Shown here one piece after another: positions 1 through 10,639 of a stretch of 32,000 nt of DNA; the stretch's first letter is position 1, and each line of letters begins with the position of its first letter. The position numbers and the translations under genes were made by a program. The notes under the pieces are model-generated. The model did no database searches and was not told the origin of the DNA. It saw nothing but the letters and a program-made list of their open reading frames with translations. Source of the DNA: Mycobacterium leprae TN (GTDB taxonomy: Bacteria; Actinomycetota; Actinomycetes; Mycobacteriales; Mycobacteriaceae); the NCBI RefSeq assembly GCF_000195855.1, contig NC_002677.1:2130001-2162000 (forward strand), written 5' to 3'.

Positions 1-1033
1 CCTCACCTTGGCAACCGACCTCCGCGCCGGAGATAGACGCAAGCTCCTTGTACAGCGAACCAATTGCCCCCGCAGTTAACAAAAACCGCACACTTGTATC
101 GTCTGGGTCTGCCCGCCCAGCGGGACAGTAATGCTGTGCATAATGCAAAACAGCGGGAATGATGCCCGCCGCACCGTTAGTCGGAGCGGTGACCACTCTT
201 CCGCCCACGGCATTCTCCTCGTTGACTGCCAGCGCGACCAGGTTCACCCAGTCCTCGGCGAACACTGGATCGCGATTCGGATCCTCGGCACACAGCCGCT
301 CGTGCCAGGAATGTGCGCGGCGACGCACTTTCAGCCCACCAGGCAGGTAGCCGCCCTGAGCAATACCACGCTGAACGGATTGCGTCATGACGTCACGAAT
401 ATTTAGCAGACCGGCACGTACCTCCTGCTCGGACCTCAGGCTTTGCTCGTACTCGGCCATCAACTCGCAGATTGACATTCCTCGCGTGGCCGCCAATTCT
501 AACAACTCACCCGCCGAGCCAAAGGACACCCCACCAGTGGTCCATTCCGCGCCCTCGGGTGGATCGCCGTGTGCCACGACAAATCCGCCACCGACCGAAT
601 AATAAGTCTCGGCGGCGAGCTTGGTTCCGTCGCGGGCGAGAGCAACGATCGTCATGGCGTTGGGATGCCGGTCCAGCACCGTCTGTGGACGCAGTACGAC
701 ATCGGCTTCGGTGAACTTGATCACGATCAATCCACCCAGACAGATTGTCCCGGCAGCGCGCATACAGGCCAATCGGGTCACCATGTCATCGGCATCAAGC
801 CTCTCGGGATGCTCCCCCTCAAGCCCTAACAGGATAGCCGACATGGTGCCGTGGCCTGCCCCAGTTGCCGCCAGCGATCCGAACAACTCGACACGGATGT
901 CGCACACGTCCTCGAGCAAACCGTTGGCAGCTAAGCCATCGACGAAACGTGCTGCGGCGCGCATTGGACCGACCGTGTGTGAGCTGGACGGCCCTATGCC
1001 GATCGTAAACAGATCGAACACGCTGATGGTCAT
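1..1033 (-). CDS. sdaA: L-serine dehydratase (SdaA-like), partial, runs off left edge
   Basis: Reverse-strand reading from ATG at 1033 gives 344 uninterrupted codons: [34 protein letters not shown]...[17 protein letters not shown]...[10 protein letters not shown]...[39 protein letters not shown]...[29 protein letters not shown]. The ORF track omits it, probably because no stop lies in the window. Confidence 0.95.
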   Translation of the reverse strand, partial: MTISVFDLFTIGIGPSSSHTVGPMRAAARFVDGLAANGLLEDVCDIRVELFGSLAATGAGHGTMSAILLGLEGEHPERLDADDMVTRLACMRAAGTICLGGLIVIKFTEADVVLRPQTVLDRHPNAMTIVALARDGTKLAAETYYSVGGGFVVAHGDPPEGAEWTTGGVSFGSAGELLELAATRGMSICELMAEYEQSLRSEQEVRAGLLNIRDVMTQSVQRGIAQGGYLPGGLKVRRRAHSWHERLCAEDPNRDPVFAEDWVNLVALAVNEENAVGGRVVTAPTNGAAGIIPAVLHYAQHYCPAGRADPDDTSVRFLLTAGAIGSLYKELASISGAEVGCQGE

Positions 1034-1290
1034 GATGAAGCCTCGGATGTCTCAGGTCGAGCAGCCATCATCCCCCCATACGTTGACAACGCTTATCGGC
1101 AACCTCCGCCCGTCTGGCCACTGCTGGTGAAAATGTGTATGCGTGAAGCCGATATCATACCAGTAGCGGCACTGTGCAATTCCGCAGATGAGCCAAACTA
1201 TCGGCGAGCATCATGGCATCGACAAGCTGTCCGCTCCAGCAAGTCATTCGCCCGCTTTTCTCGTGTACATTTGTAGAATAGGGAGGCATT

Positions 1291-1614
1291 GTGGCTTATC
1301 TGTTCCTCTTTTGCGCGATCTTTGTGGAGGTGGTGGCGACCACCCTGCTCAAGAGCACCGAAGGCTTCACTCGGCTGGTGCCAACCCTGGCTTGTCTGGC
1401 CGGCTACGCAGTAACTTTCACACTCCTGGCGCTGTCGATCTCACGCGGCATGAAGACAGACGTCGCCTATGCGTTGTGGTCGGCCATCGGCACGGCTGCC
1501 ATCGTGCTGATCGCGGTGCTATTCCTCGACTCACCGGTATCCGTGGCGAAAGTCGTTGGCGTCGCGCTGATTATAGTCGGAGTGATCACGTTGAACCTGG
1601 CCGATGCCCATTGA
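1291..1614 (+). CDS. mmr: Small multidrug resistance (SMR/EmrE) efflux pump, Mmr ortholog (Rv3065-like)
   Basis: 107-aa ORF MAYLFLFCAIFVEVVATTLLKSTEGFTRLVP...TDVAYALWSAIGTAAIVLIAVLFLDSPVSVAKVVGVALIIVGVITLNLADAH, full SMR length. GTG start preceded by GGGAGG. Confidence 0.93.
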   Translation: MAYLFLFCAIFVEVVATTLLKSTEGFTRLVPTLACLAGYAVTFTLLALSISRGMKTDVAYALWSAIGTAAIVLIAVLFLDSPVSVAKVVGVALIIVGVITLNLADAH

Positions 1615-2534
1615 CCACCGCCCCAGATCGCCGTCCACGCGACCCCACCGGTCGCCAACAAGCGATCGTCCAGGCAGCTGGACGCAATAATCACCTGGGG
1701 GTCTCGACGAATCAACCCAGCGCCGAGTACATCCGCCGAGGCGGATGTGCCGGTCGGGTACCACCTAATTACTTCAGCTATCTCGAAGCGCTGCAGGATG
1801 CCCCGCTCACGCACGCGGCGACCACTGCGACCGCATACCTCAGTCAGTGACGTCACGAACTTGAGACGAAGCCCGAGCTTCCCGCCGCACTCCCCCAGCC
1901 CACCGTAGATTACCTGGCCGACCGACACCGCGCACTCAACAGTTCTGTGTATTGCCACCACCCATCGACCGGAATTGCAGCACCTGGCGCGGGGAGTGGC
2001 ATGAGAGCCTAGTCTCGTGCTGCTCAAAACGCACATAGGGCGACGGGACACGGAAACGGTCACCATGTTTCTCGACAGCGCCACTCTGAACTCGCTGATC
2101 ACCGATGCCTCGCTCAGCACCTATTGCACTCACCGACGCCATAGCCAGACTGGCCAAGAATTGCCCCTAGCGGTTCCAAGGGTGCGCAGATTGCGTCTGG
2201 CGCAGCAATTCGCTGCATGGGCCCCAGGTTCTGTTCCAAACTGGCGATGTTGCGCTACCATTACCCCTCACATGAGGGCCCGGATGTGCTGTTGCACTCG
2301 GTAGGTCAAGCGCTAGGTATTCCTTTTGCACGATGTCTTAATCTCCCCTTCAAGAAAGTTCAGAAATATGTCATCATCTCGATGATAGCCGGGTTCTCCA
2401 CGGAGTGGAGCAAAACATGCCGCGCTGCGGACATCTCCTGGGGTAAGAGTTCGTAACGTCAAATATCACAATGCTGTCTCAACGAGATCGAGAAACGCAT
2501 CCACATAATTGTACATTATAATTATATATAGGTT

Positions 2535-2960
2535 TTACACGAGATAGCCTGGAAAAAGCCGCGTGTAGATATCCTCCCGGAGCAAGTGGATTGTGCGCCA
2601 ATTGATGCCACGCTGCCCAGCCACCTGAATCATCGGCAGGATTGGCATCACTCCGATGCCACCGATCGCGAACAACACGTCTTGTTTATCCATGACGAGA
2701 TAAAACGTGTTGCGAGGACCTTCGAACTCGCATATGTCACCCACCTCGAAGATGTCATGGATCGCCGTGCACCTCCAGGGAGAACCGCGCAGCGAGTACT
2801 GGCGTCGGCCATACTGATGTGCACACCTGACGTCCAGGACGGCAGCAATCCACCTTGCGCATCAGCCAAGGTTAACGCGACCACGTCGGGCGTGAGCAAT
2901 TCACGTTGGGTGGATTACCGCGGTGTTGATCCGCTGCACCGATACCACCCGCGCTGGCGA
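2535..2960 (-). pseudogene. Ferredoxin/flavodoxin reductase-like (PDR/VanB family) remnant
   Basis: Reverse-strand fragments in different frames: VVALTLADAQGGLLPSWTSGVHI and GDICEFEGPRNTFYLVMDKQDVLFAIGGIGVMPILPMIQVAG, typical FNR-like flavin/NAD-binding motifs. Boundaries approximate. Confidence 0.65.
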
Positions 2961-3846
2961 CCACTGTGACGCCGACACGAATCAGCCGAAGAGAATACCT
3001 GCACCCCACAACGCGATGTAGGAACTGTCGCACTTGTGGCAACCGTACAAATTAGCAGATTTATTATATCCAAATGTTTTGTTAAACAGCAAATCTCGCT
3101 CTGCTGGTCGAAGACCTTCCGCGGGAACGACACTCTCGATGGCCAGGTCGACCCACTTGCTGGTGAGCCGGCCGACGACGCCGGGAGGTGAGGTAACGAT
3201 CTAGTGCCCAACCGCGATCGGGACGATTACGCTGCGAGCCGGTGAGCCGCTGCAGGGCAGGTGACACGAAATAGAAATAATGTAGTGAGGCACACTATCA
3301 GTAACCTGTATCGGGACCGGAATTTACGGCCACTGCGCCCCGGGAGCCAACTCCGGCCCGGGAATGTTGCCGCGGTCAGGATTGAGTCCATTGAGGTAAT
3401 CATCAATCGACCGGTACACTCACATTGAGCCTGGCGTTCGAGCTCGGCGGAGTAGTCAGCGAACTGGCCGAAAGCCAAATCCTGCACCTGGATGCGATCA
3501 CTATCGTCCGGGGGGCGCGGCCAAAAAGACCGGACCGGCAACGAGATCGCCTTCCACCGCCACCAGGACGACGCCTTCGAAAACGTTAACCGACACGGAC
3601 ATCCCGCAGCTTCGCATGCATGATTTGCGTCACCCTGTTGTTTACTATGGGAAAGCCCCGACCACCGTGCAGCGGATTCCTGGCGACACAGTTCGATTAG
3701 GCTGTGCAGCGGCGCTGCGCCCTAGCCTCGATAGGCACTTTGTTCGAACCCGTAGGTGAAGAGTCGTCCGGCCGGTTGTCGTCAGTGAAGCCGCCGTTGT
3801 AGTCAAACGTTCAAGAACGAAACTCACAACACGGCTTCTTCCGTAG

Positions 3847-3919
3847 TGGAGCTAAGGGGACTCGAACCCCTGACCCCCACACTGCCAGTGTGGTGCGCTA
3901 CCAGCTGCGCCATAGCCCC
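3847..3919 (-). tRNA. tRNA-Ala (GGC anticodon)
   Basis: Reverse complement GGGGCTATGGCGCAGCTGGTAGCGCACCACACTGGCAGTGTGGGGGTCAGGGGTTCGAGTCCCCTTAGCTCCA folds as a cloverleaf: acceptor GGGGCTA/TAGCTCC, anticodon loop CTGGCAG, T-loop TTCGAGT. Confidence 0.95.
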
Positions 3920-3949
3920 GAGAAGTTGTGCTCGTCGAAGCTACACCAA

Positions 3950-4961
3950 CTGCCAGGCAGCGTTCAAAGTCACTGGCCAAGTGCCCTTACCCGATAGCTT
4001 GATTGACCACCTCGCAGGCGGTCTTTTGCACTTCGGCCAGATGCTCCGGTCCGTTGAAGGACTCTGCGTAGATTTTGTAGACATCCTCGGTACCCGATGG
4101 TCGTGCGGCACACCACGCGTTGGCCGTCGTCACCTTCAAGCCGCCCAGCGGAGTAGCGTTGTCCGGCGCGGCGGTGAACTTCGCGGTGATCGGCTCACCC
4201 GCCAACTCGGTGGCTTTCAACCTGATCTGCCAACACCCTGGCCAGCCGAGCTTTCTGATCACGGTCAACGGGCGAGTCAAGCCGAGCATACGACGAGGTG
4301 CCGTACTTGGCGGTCAGCTCCTGGTAGCGCTGTGAGGGGGTGCAACCAATGACGGCCAAGATCTCAGAAGCCAGGATGATGCCGTCCTTGTCGGTGGTCC
4401 ACACCGATCCATCTCGCCGCAGGAACGACGCCCCCGTCGATTCCTCGCCGCCGAAGCCGATCATGCCACCGAGCAAACTGTCGACGAACCATTTGAACCC
4501 GAACAACACTTCGACCATCTCACGACCGAGACCGGACGATCACCCGGTCGATGATCCAGGAACTGACCGCGGTCTTACCGACCGCTATACCTGTTGGCGC
4601 TATACCTGTTGGTAAGGACGGCCGGTGCGTGTAAAAGTAGTCGATTACCACCGCCAGATAATAGTTCGGATTCACAAACCCGCATCGAGGTCACGATATC
4701 CGTAGCGATCGGAGTCGGCGTCGTTGCCGGTGGCGATCTGATCGTGGTACCAGTTGACGATGAGCGAGGCCATCGCGTCGGTGCGACCGCGGTTGTAGGT
4801 CAGGATCGCATGACTGATCGCCGGCATCGGCGTATAGCGGTTACGGTAATCCACCACCGCTAGCACTTCACTAGCGGCGAGGACCTCCAACTCCGAAACA
4901 CATGCCCGCTCAGAAAAGCTGTGCGTGTCAGGGCCTAGGAATAATGAACCAGTGTCACCTT
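3950..4961 (-). pseudogene. pgmA: Phosphoglucomutase PgmA (Rv3068c-like) pseudogene, 5' end replaced by RLEP sequence
   Basis: Fragments TGSLFLGPDTHSFSERACVSELEVLAASEVLAVVDYRNRYTPMPAISHAILTYNRGRTDAM, FVDSLLGGMIGFGGEESTGASFLRRDGSVWTTDKDGIILASEILAVIG and NAWCAARPSGTEDVYKIYAESF lie in order in different frames. Confidence 0.9.
4583..4612. repeat. 15-bp perfect tandem duplication (CGCTATACCTGTTGG x2) inside the pgmA remnant
   Basis: Direct reading of 4583-4597 and 4598-4612. Confidence 0.95.
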
Positions 4962-5324
4962 TACCGTGCACGGGGACGTGCCTGTTCAGGTGCGGCCACA
5001 TTGACCACGCCGACACCTCAAGGCCATGACATGCACACTAAAACGCCCCTACCCCGCGGCGCTAACAACTATCCTCACACCCACGCCTGCATCGATATCG
5101 CCTTCAGCACAGCCCAGGTGCCCAGCCCCTGGCATCATCAACATGTAGACCAAGCAGCATCCACCACCGACATGCTTACGTGCGCCGCGCTAATCGTGTC
5201 CACTGCGGCAAAGCACACGAAGCCTCATCGAAAGCAGGCAGTCAGCCACCCACCAACAAAAACCCCGCAACACAGCAAAACACGTCAACAGGATTCCGGG
5301 CTGCCCCCCACGACTACCGAACAT
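4962..5324 (-). repeat. Truncated RLEP dispersed repeat, copy 1 (363 bp)
   Basis: Inverted relative to 22380-22742 and apparently identical over 363 bp. Contains the RLEP LP1 primer site (reverse complement CCTCAAGGCCATGACATGCA) but not the LP2 or qPCR sites. Strand is relative: copy 2 is called '+'. Confidence 0.93.
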
Positions 5325-5493
5325 GTCTTACTGTCTCGGCAAAAGATGCGCTGACCGCCGTGCGCGACCCGCGGGCACAGGCAGTCGGAACCGCCAGCCA
5401 ACAATGTTCAGTCATATGAACACAGCGGGTAAACGCTAATCACGATAGTCCAATCGTCTGAAGTGGGGGCTTGGGTGGCGGGCAGGGCTGAAG

Positions 5494-5567
5494 TGGGGCG
5501 GGCGGGGCTCGAACCCGCGACCAACGGATTATGAGTCCGCGGCTCTAACCAACTGAGCTACCGCCCC
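5494..5567 (-). tRNA. tRNA-Met (CAT anticodon)
   Basis: Reverse complement GGGGCGGTAGCTCAGTTGGTTAGAGCCGCGGACTCATAATCCGTTGGTCGCGGGTTCGAGCCCCGCCCGCCCCA. Acceptor GGGGCGG/CCGCCCC, anticodon loop CTCATAA, intact T arm. CAT could formally be an Ile2 tRNA. Confidence 0.92.
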
Positions 5568-6026
5568 CTTAATCTAATCTAGTGCAAGTCCAGCTTGCGT
5601 CCTCGACATATTCAGCAGCTACGTCCGCGACGCTATCCAGTCGCTTAACGAGTGTCCGTTGCGGTGAAGCGCACTAGCAGCCCGTCGCGTGCACAAGAAG
5701 TCTCTGCACAGGCTTGACCTCAGTGCCTGCGTTAATCGCCAACGACACCATAGTCTGCTGTAGTCCGTGTAGTACGGAACCTATTGGCCACCAACGCATT
5801 GCAAGCTTTAACGAACGCTCTGCAGTACTCGTCGACGGGTAGATACGCAGTGACGACTTGGGAACAGGAGTGCGTTCAGAAACTAACCACCCTTGAAACT
5901 TGCGAACCCCTCAACCACCCCTCAGACGTCGTGTTTGATCTCAGTGCTCCGTCATATCGGCGATAACCGAATAGGAATATAATGTACGAGTTTTGTTTTC
6001 AAGCCTTCGAGTGACTGCACAGCCCT

Positions 6027-7990
6027 TTATTCCGCGCTACTCGAACCCTCGGAGTTCACCAACCGTGATATCCGCGATTCTATATCGTCAAGCATTATTA
6101 GCGCGATCGCGTCTCGAATGAGGCCGACGGCGCGGACCATCTTGTCGGTGGTGCGATCATGAAGTAGCTGGCACAAGAACGGCGAATACTTTCGACGAAA
6201 CAGCAGCACCGTAACCTTGCTGTCTAGATGCTCATTGAGCACTTGAGCTATCAACTCATGTGCGACCCGAATCAGGTGGTAATCCGGGCAGTTGACCACC
6301 CGCAGCGGCGTGTGGTGTTCAAAATGCTCCCAGCGTTCCTTGAGCCACGCAGCATAATCAGCTTCGATCAAGGAAGTGCACCGCGGTGAGGTCGCCGGAA
6401 TGCAGGCCATTTCCGTAGCGCAGTGCCTCGATCTCGGCGAAATCAACCGAATCCACGAAGCCCAGTACCCGAAGGCGCAGATGCTTGGCTAGTAGGAACG
6501 TTCGGTGTGGAACATCTCCAGAACGGGAGCCTCAGCGCGGTATTGTCGGTTGAACCGCACCAAAGCCAAAACCAGCACGGGAAACATAACAAAGAGGAAC
6601 CACTCACTTTTGGTCAAATTAACCACCGCGAAAATTCCCACCATGATCGTCTATAACACTTCCGCCAGCAAGTTGATCACCAGCTTGTCCTGCAGCGAGT
6701 CAGGTGATGTTTAGCCATGCCGTAGCCAGCCATCGAAAACCCGGTGAACACACCGATTGCGAAGAAGCATTGACCCAGCAGCCGGTGATAACCAGCAACG
6801 CCACGGACATCACAGGTAAGCGTCGAAAGTCCGTTAGAAAACACCAAACGATGGTTATGCTTCATCAACATCAACTAGGCGCGGCAGAAAACGTTCCTCA
6901 GCAACAAAATTGGTCAACGCGGGAAAACCCTTAAACTCGTGTTGCAACCGGTAAAAGGATGGCCGCAGACGACGCTTGCACCAAAAACACAGGATGTTGC
7001 TCATCACACCGTGACCGAAGACCACCCGGGTAATCTCGGATAGCATCGATGGATACCCGTCAACACTAGGGCGTGGCGTGGGTAACATACGCCAACCAGA
7101 CCACGCCCACCAGCAATACCCCGAGAATGCAGGCCAACGCGGTCAGCGCCCGATGCGTGTTAACACCTTCGGGCTGAAAGAAATTGCTGATCGCGTTGGC
7201 AATGGCCTCAACACCGGTAAACTATGAGCCACCGTTGGCGAATGCCCGCAACACGGCCAACAACTTCACACCCATCAATAGATCGCCACCCTGATGAACC
7301 GGCACCGCCCCGACAATCTGCTGCGGATCATATTTCGTTAAGCACCAAGCAATTTAACAAACAAAACCGACCACGATCGTCAGCGACGACCATAGCTACA
7401 AAGGCGTAAGTCGGTAACGCAAAAAGCACTCCGGCCTACCGCAATTCACGGAGATTCGTCAGACACATCAGCAACACCACACCCACCGTGCTCTCCAGGT
7501 TGCAGGGGCCTCGCACCGGTATCGCCAAAACCATCGCCACTGTCCCGTCCGCGCACTGCACCACGACAGTGACTACGTCCATCTACCAGCCGCATGCGGC
7601 GGCGATCCGCACCACACGTGGCCCGCGGTTGTTCCTATACGACCACGTATTATCCACCGGACCGGGTATAGACCATGACGACTTGGACGATTTGCCAATA
7701 TGACGCAGCCACCAACACCAGAATCAACAGGATGACATCGGTGATCGGCAGCAGCAAAGCGAAACAGCCATCCCGGCTGCCGACAGCAACTCAATCATGA
7801 CTTGTTCAGGACCGTAGGCGGTCGAGAAAATCGCTTCCAGCGAAAGGACACCGAGAAAAACAGGATTCGATAATCGTTCGTGTTGCAGCCGGTCGGTGAT
7901 CAACGCTGCTCCCGAACAAGCCGTGCTTACACACATCGAAAGAATGTAACCATGTACTCCATCTGTCAATCAAAATCGTTGTCAAGAGTC
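6027..7990 (-). pseudogene. APC-family amino-acid permease-like membrane protein (Rv2690c-type) pseudogene
   Basis: N-terminal fragment SDRLQHERLSNPVFLGVLSLEAIFSTAYGPEQVMIELLSAAGMAV and C-terminal fragment VVNCPDYHLIRVAHELIAQVLNEHLDSKVTVLLFRRKYSPFLCQLLHDRTTDKMVRAVGLI, with membrane-like fragments in shifted frames between. Confidence 0.7.
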
Positions 7991-8762
7991 AATTTTTCTT
8001 TTCCGGCACGTATACTTCGAAGAAAACCTAAAGTCTTCGTGCGCTACATAGATTTACGGAATATCCAGGAGCAGAATGTTGTCAATGTATTTCGGAATTC
8101 AGTTGATATCTATATAAAAAATCATGGCTCCGAATAGGGAAGAAATTCCGCTGCATAACATGTGAACCTGCCGCCAACAACAGTCTTGGCTATCAATTAT
8201 TTTGGCACTTAAATTAGCAACACGGTTTCTCTAGTAATCCAGTCCAGCCGGTAACAAACCGGTAACTATATTTGTGATGCAGAACAATAAAATTGATTAT
8301 ATTTTAGCAAGCTTATCAGACCATTCTTGTACAACATGGTTAATTTGTTTCTAATATCGACCAAGATGTCCGATTAACCGAGTTACTAATTAATGTTATC
8401 GTAAACAAGAAAAGACCTATGCCAGCTGTAAAAATTATTGCTATGGAATCGTTTTTCGTACGATTTGACACCATAAGAATTTAATGTGGTTATCTAGATC
8501 AATGTTTCACTGAGGAGTAGAAACCCGTGCGCCAGCACAATTATTGTCAGAGGTGACTAAGTATTGGCTACGACAAAAATTTAAGAGGGCGAAGGCAAGT
8601 ATCGCCAAACTCCTCGGTCCTGAATTCACCGGAGCCCGAGTCAAAACGGAACTCGCCAAAGCGGGGGTAACAAAAGCAACCACCGTCATCTGTTCCGGAA
8701 ATGATAACGTGACGAATTTTTAAATTAATTTCCTAGCAAGGAAATCAAATAAAAATATTTGC

Positions 8763-10075
8763 ATGGTGGCACGGTTAGCCAGCGAGGTGCTGCGAGAAAC
8801 GGTGGCCGACGACGACAGGTCCAGCGCGATCTTTGACGTCGCAGCCCCCGCGACGTCGGTGTTTGTCGAGACATTCCTGGGGCGCACCACACACCCCGTC
8901 GGGGCTGCGGGCATTGAATTCATGGCTTTAGCTCCGAAGCAATCACGTGACGTGACGCTACGCGAAATCTATCACTAGCTTGCCCCGATAGCTATAGTTC
9001 GCGACCAGAACAACACCACCACCAACCCCCAGCAATGTAATACCCAGGTCCGGGGCGGGATGTGCAAGTGCACGCCAGTGACTGGACAGCAATGATAGAC
9101 AGGCGACTAGCTAGGCCTATAATATTAGGGTTAGGCGTCCGGACAAAACACGTTCATGCCACTTTCGACTGCGTCGAGAATTGAACACCGCGCGCACTTT
9201 ACCCAACCACGAAGTCAACTCCGCGTTCTAGCCAGTGATCGCCGCCCTGAATATCTTAATTACTCAGCTCGAGGGCTATTGGCTATAAGCACCCCGGGAG
9301 GTAGTAGGTAGACACGTTCTGCCTCACCAACGAGACAATCACGAAGCTGGGTTATGGCGACTTCAGCTTTGCCCAGCAACCAACCTGGCTACGAATGTAC
9401 ACTGCCATGTTGATGTCGAGTGGCGTGACCACCACGTTGCTTGTAGCTTTTGTCGTTGACGTGCTGCTGTCGCGTCGATTCGTCTGCCCGAACGAATGCC
9501 CGCGAGCGCGCCACCCAGGCGGCCACATAATCGGTCGTCAGGCTAAGTGCACTCGGGATCCGCGTCGTCACTGAGTCTAACCGCAGCCGGATATGACGTA
9601 GCGGCGATCGAGCGCGATATAAACAACTGTTTCTTGTCGACGGCGGACCAACTCGACATGCCGGTAATTTTCAGGGAAGTCAGTTTACGCCAAACATTGG
9701 AAGCGGACCGTGTCGACCAAGCCCGCGTCGTGGCGGCGCTGACCCGCGATGACATGGTCAACATCGAGACCATGATCGTCATTCGTGAAATGCTGGGACA
9801 GCAGGTGGAAGCCGCCGCCATCTGGCAGGGGCAGCTTCCCGTTAGAGCTGCAGGGGCTGGGGGACGTTTTCGTTAGGAAAACGCTCTTTCCGGATCGGCG
9901 TAATGCATGTACAAGCCGACCACGAACTCGATGGGCTGCAAATGTTCGAACTATCAAGGCAAATCCGTGTCATCACGATCACCCGGGAAGTTGCGCCAGC
10001 CCAGCTGGACTCGGGACAGGACGCCTTGCTCAGTGCCGGCAACAGCGTTTACCTTGTTGATCCGTACCGCAAATA
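8763..10075 (+). pseudogene. Potassium channel with RCK/TrkA NAD-binding and TrkA-C domains, pseudogene
   Basis: Forward-strand pieces in order: FDVAAPATSVFVETFLG; CLTNETITKLGYGDFSFAQQPTWLRMYTAMLMSSGVTTTLLVAFVVDVLLSRRF with the K+ filter-type motif GYGDF at 9350-9364; AAIERDINNCFLSTADQLDMPV...LRQTLEADRVDQARVVAALTRDDMVNIETMIVIREMLG; MHVQADHELDGLQMFELSRQIRVITITREVAPAQLDSGQDALLSAGNSVYLVDPYRK*. Confidence 0.65.
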
Positions 10076-10467
10076 ATTCGCCAGCCTACGTAAGGGACAG
10101 CCTATCCCGGCAGCATCTAATCAATGATGAACGTCCGCCGAGAGATCAACAAGTGGACGCCAGGCTTGTTTCGTACCCACCAAGCCTATTCGAGCCGACA
10201 CCACGCACCCAGTTATCAACTGGACACGGCCTGACAGGCGGTGTCCAGCACGTAACGCTCGGTGCCGTACTCAAACCCGTGCAGCGTCGGCCACCCAACA
10301 ACACAGCAACCTTGTGGGCTGGCGTTACTCATGATGTCAAAGTTCAGCGCGAAGGCCTCAGTATCGGAAAAACGGGTGCGCACCTCGGCGACGAGGTGCG
10401 TCGGCGTCCAAACTAACGCACTCAATTATACCGCAGCGCGGTTTTTGCGCGGTCATCGAGTAATAGC

Positions 10468-10511
10468 GAGGTTTCAAGCGCTCTATGACGACATAGAGCG
10501 CTTGAAACCTC
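10468..10511. repeat. Perfect 20-bp inverted repeat with 4-nt spacer
   Basis: GAGGTTTCAAGCGCTCTATG - ACGA - CATAGAGCGCTTGAAACCTC read directly. Confidence 0.97.
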
Positions 10512-10639
10512 CGACGCCGAACGCGGTGCTTCCCGCAGTTACATGCACAGTCGGCAGTTGTGTTGAGCGGCGCCACGTGTTCGGAGGTGACCAGGTCGAG
10601 CACATGCATCCGGGCCACGGCGTGCAGAAGTCATTGAAC

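Noticed and set aside
1188-2120. Long overlapping ORFs 1188-1850 (+) and 1467-2120 (-)
   Set aside because: They overlap the well-supported mmr gene in other frames or antisense and show no recognisable domains.
4962-5324. RLEP segment as an IS element or transposon
   Set aside because: No transposase coding region or terminal inverted repeats could be identified; it is a non-coding dispersed repeat.
4902-5354. 150-aa ORF, with the near-identical protein repeated at 22365-22703 on the other strand, as a possible novel conserved protein
   Set aside because: The shared part lies wholly inside the RLEP repeat. Conservation is due to the repeat DNA, and the terminal residues change at the repeat edge.
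10468-10511. Hairpin as a rho-independent terminator
   Set aside because: Strong stem but no following T-tract on either strand (ccgacgcc on one side, gctattac on the other), and no intact gene ends beside it.
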